In this document: piece by piece, positions 61,605-64,000 of the stretch
Position numbering within the stretch: the first letter of the stretch is position 1
Layout of the letters: each line of letters opens with the position of its first letter
Assembly: GCF_006345805.1 (NCBI RefSeq)
Contig: NC_042998.1
Coordinates: forward strand, 121,396,001-121,460,000
Source: Octopus sinensis
Taxonomy: Eukaryota
DNA length: 64,000 nucleotides
Reading direction: 5' to 3'
The notes under the pieces: model-generated
Seen by the model: the letters and a program-made list of their open reading frames with translations, nothing else
The model's database searches: none
What the model was told of the DNA's origin: nothing
Position numbers and translations under genes: made by a program

Positions 61605-63018
61605 ATTTCTTTTTTCTTTTCTTTTCTTTATAAAGTTTGGTATAAAGCAATGTCCAAAACTGTAGCACTACTAAAGTGCAGATAGGAGGTATTGTGGCCT
61701 TTACGTATCAAGTATTATCTTAAAATTTTCAAATTAAATCAATATTTACACCTGAGCAATACTTCTAATGCTCCTTGGTTGGAATGAAATGAACTCTGTT
61801 CCTTTATACAAAGTGTGTCCAATACTTGACTTGTTATCAGAGAAACATAAAATTATAACCTTTCAGTTTTGTCAGAACATCTTGCCTTATCATACACCTC
61901 CAGTATGATAATGGGTAACTGCGTAGGGTTTACCCTAAAATATAATCTTAAAACACAGTGGGGGTGGGAAGATTCTTAAAACACAGAAGGGAAACATGCT
62001 AGCCACCTCATAGAAGAACAAATGGCAAATATATTCTTATCTATCAGTCAATGGCCAGGTGTTGGTACTGGAGTAAATGTTTCATGTAACAAACACATGG
62101 GTGGGGTTCAAAAAATTTGATCGATACCATGTTACTGCCTCAGTTGCACCACATCTGCAGTTTGTGTCCTTTTATTAAATTTAACTAATAGTGAATTATT
62201 TTGTGTACATGAAAAGCTACTAGGTAGTGCCATCACCAAATGATTACTGTCATGAAATTTTGTATTGATGTAACATTTCATTTTCATGGAGTCTACTCTT
62301 CTCAAAAGCACAGAACTGGGAGAAAAGCAAAATTAACATAAGTGTTTACAAACAAGGAGAATATCGACTTCCTTAAGATGGTAAAACTACATGGTAGGAG
62401 AAAACTGAAGAATATGCTCATTGCTAAAGAGAAAAACTACAAAGGGGTATCAAATTGAAACCTATTTTATATATTTGTTTTATCAAATGCCATTGTGTAA
62501 AGAGTGCTTTGAACAATTTTGTGACAGAAATATAGCATAGAAATATTTTAACTCCAGTTTCACAACTCCAATTATCATATATTGCTTTCATCTGAAAGCA
62601 AATAATGAGCAATAATGGAAAATGTGTATTCACTTGTTTATGAGCTTTGGACACATTCTGTTAGGTAAGAGTACATTACCAATACTATATTCATTGATTT
62701 ATAAAAAGTTTTCTACTTTGCAATAAGAATGTTTACCTGAAATACAGAATTAATAAAATCTTGCCCTGACTATACCTATATTTTAATTAATTCAAATTGA
62801 TGTACCTGATCTTGAAAAGTGGCAAAATTTTACAAATTGAACAAACTGGAAAAATGCATAAAAATTCAGTTTTAGTGTTTATCAATAAAATCATTACTTT
62901 TTCACCTATTAATTTCACATATTAAAAAATTATTGCATAAAAATGCACAATTGTGAATCTTTGTTAGCACGTAAATTAATAAAGTTACAATTATTGTTCA
63001 TACGCTGGGAAAGCTTAA

Positions 63019-63207
63019 CGATTTAGCATTTAAGCTGGCCATATTCAGTCCACTATGTTCATTGAAGCTTCTCACACATACCCACAATGTCATTCTAAAA
63101 ATAAACAGTCACATCAAAATCTTGGAGCAATAAGATAAAACCTGATTAATTCAAAACAATGTGAATGAATATTAACATTTTAGAGTAATCTGATCAATGC
63201 TAAAGGG
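63019..63207. mobile_element. piggyBac-type MITE
   Basis: TTAA|CGATTTAGCATT ... AATGCTAAAGGG|TTGA: degenerate TIRs with TTAA-like flanks. Confidence 0.7.
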
Positions 63208-63374
63208 TTGAAGATTGTAATATCTTAAGTGGGAACAACAGGTGAAAATATAAGTTACGTCAAGCACTCAAGAAGCTACTTAGACTTTTTGTGTGTGTTT
63301 GGATTGAAGATAAGCATAGTGATAATTACAAAAAAGAAAAACTTAGTTTATCTAACAATTTGCAGTAAAGTAAA

Positions 63375-63800
63375 AGCTGTTGAAGGCTGGTTTAAGAATC
63401 ACTTGAATTCGCACAATAGAAAATTTATTAGTGAAGCTACTAGTGCTGATACATAGGTTGCAACTAATTCTGATCAGCTGAAAAAGTCAAAGAGTGTACA
63501 CACCAGAATAATTTTGATGAAACTGCACTTTACTAGAAGCTCATGCCTGCTTGAAATTTTTCCTGGGAAACAAAATTCAACAGTTGGGTTTAAAACCTGC
63601 AAAAATCTTTTTTTTTTTTTTTTTTTTTTTTTTTTCTGTAAGGAAATAACACTGATGATATGAAATTAAAGCCTCTATTTGTGTTTCACTCCCCAAATCC
63701 AAACCCTTTCAAAGGTTATGCAAAGTTTCATCTACCTGGAATTTGGCATTCATTTAAGAAGACATGGATGACTAAAAGCCTTTCTAAGAGAAGCTTACAA
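63375..63800 (+). pseudogene. Tigger/pogo transposase relic
   Basis: GWFKNH..HNRKFISEATSAD, NFDETALY*KLMP, VGFK, KLKPLFVFHSPNP..FKGYAK..LP..W...KTWMT follow the Tigger DDE-domain consensus. A poly-T tract is inserted. Confidence 0.85.
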
Positions 63801-64000
63801 ACACCTTTTGCTCTGCTGTGAAAAGGCAGTCCTAGATGTAATATATGCATACATGTGTGTAGAGAGACATAAAGAAAGCACCCAGCACATGCTGTAATAG
63901 TTGGCATTAGGGTGTCTAGCTATAGAAGCAATGCCAAAGCAGACACTGGAGAACAATGCATTCTTTGGAGCCATTGTAACCTGTCAAACTGTCAAATCCA

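Overview
AT-rich, repeat-dense animal genomic DNA. The repeat repertoire (tRNA-derived SINEs with GGTTCAGTCCC heads, RTE LINEs ending in (GAT)n, TTAA MITEs, kilobase TA/CA/TGTA microsatellites) looks like a coleoid cephalopod, probably Octopus; this is recognition from memory, not a database result. Most of the window is intronic sequence of two unidentified, apparently divergent genes. One is a minus-strand gene with a clear exon at 4232-4378 and candidate first exons near 31.8-32.3 kb. The other is a plus-strand gene with candidate 5' exons at 29.6-37.2 kb and a clear small exon at 40780-40837. Their 5' ends appear to share, and may overlap in, a CpG-retaining region at about 27.4-34.9 kb. 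The rest is transposon debris: many RTE LINE pieces, a near-full-length but broken CR1-group LINE with a CCCH-finger ORF1, non-autonomous Helitrons, piggyBac, mariner and Tigger transposase relics, foldback MITEs and several SINE families. There is also a 1076-bp tandem duplication that may be an assembly artefact, and a 100-N gap. No intact long protein-coding ORF, rRNA, true tRNA or CRISPR array is present, and most entries in the ORF track are microsatellite or repeat artefacts. The most interesting signals are (i) a SINE and a CR1-group LINE sharing a 3' tail whose stem-loop covaries, (ii) a predicted start-stop plus overlapping-uORF leader on the plus-strand gene, repeated in two alternative upstream exons, and (iii) the overlapping multi-first-exon promoter region. 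All gene structures are predicted by eye from splice signals and need RNA evidence.
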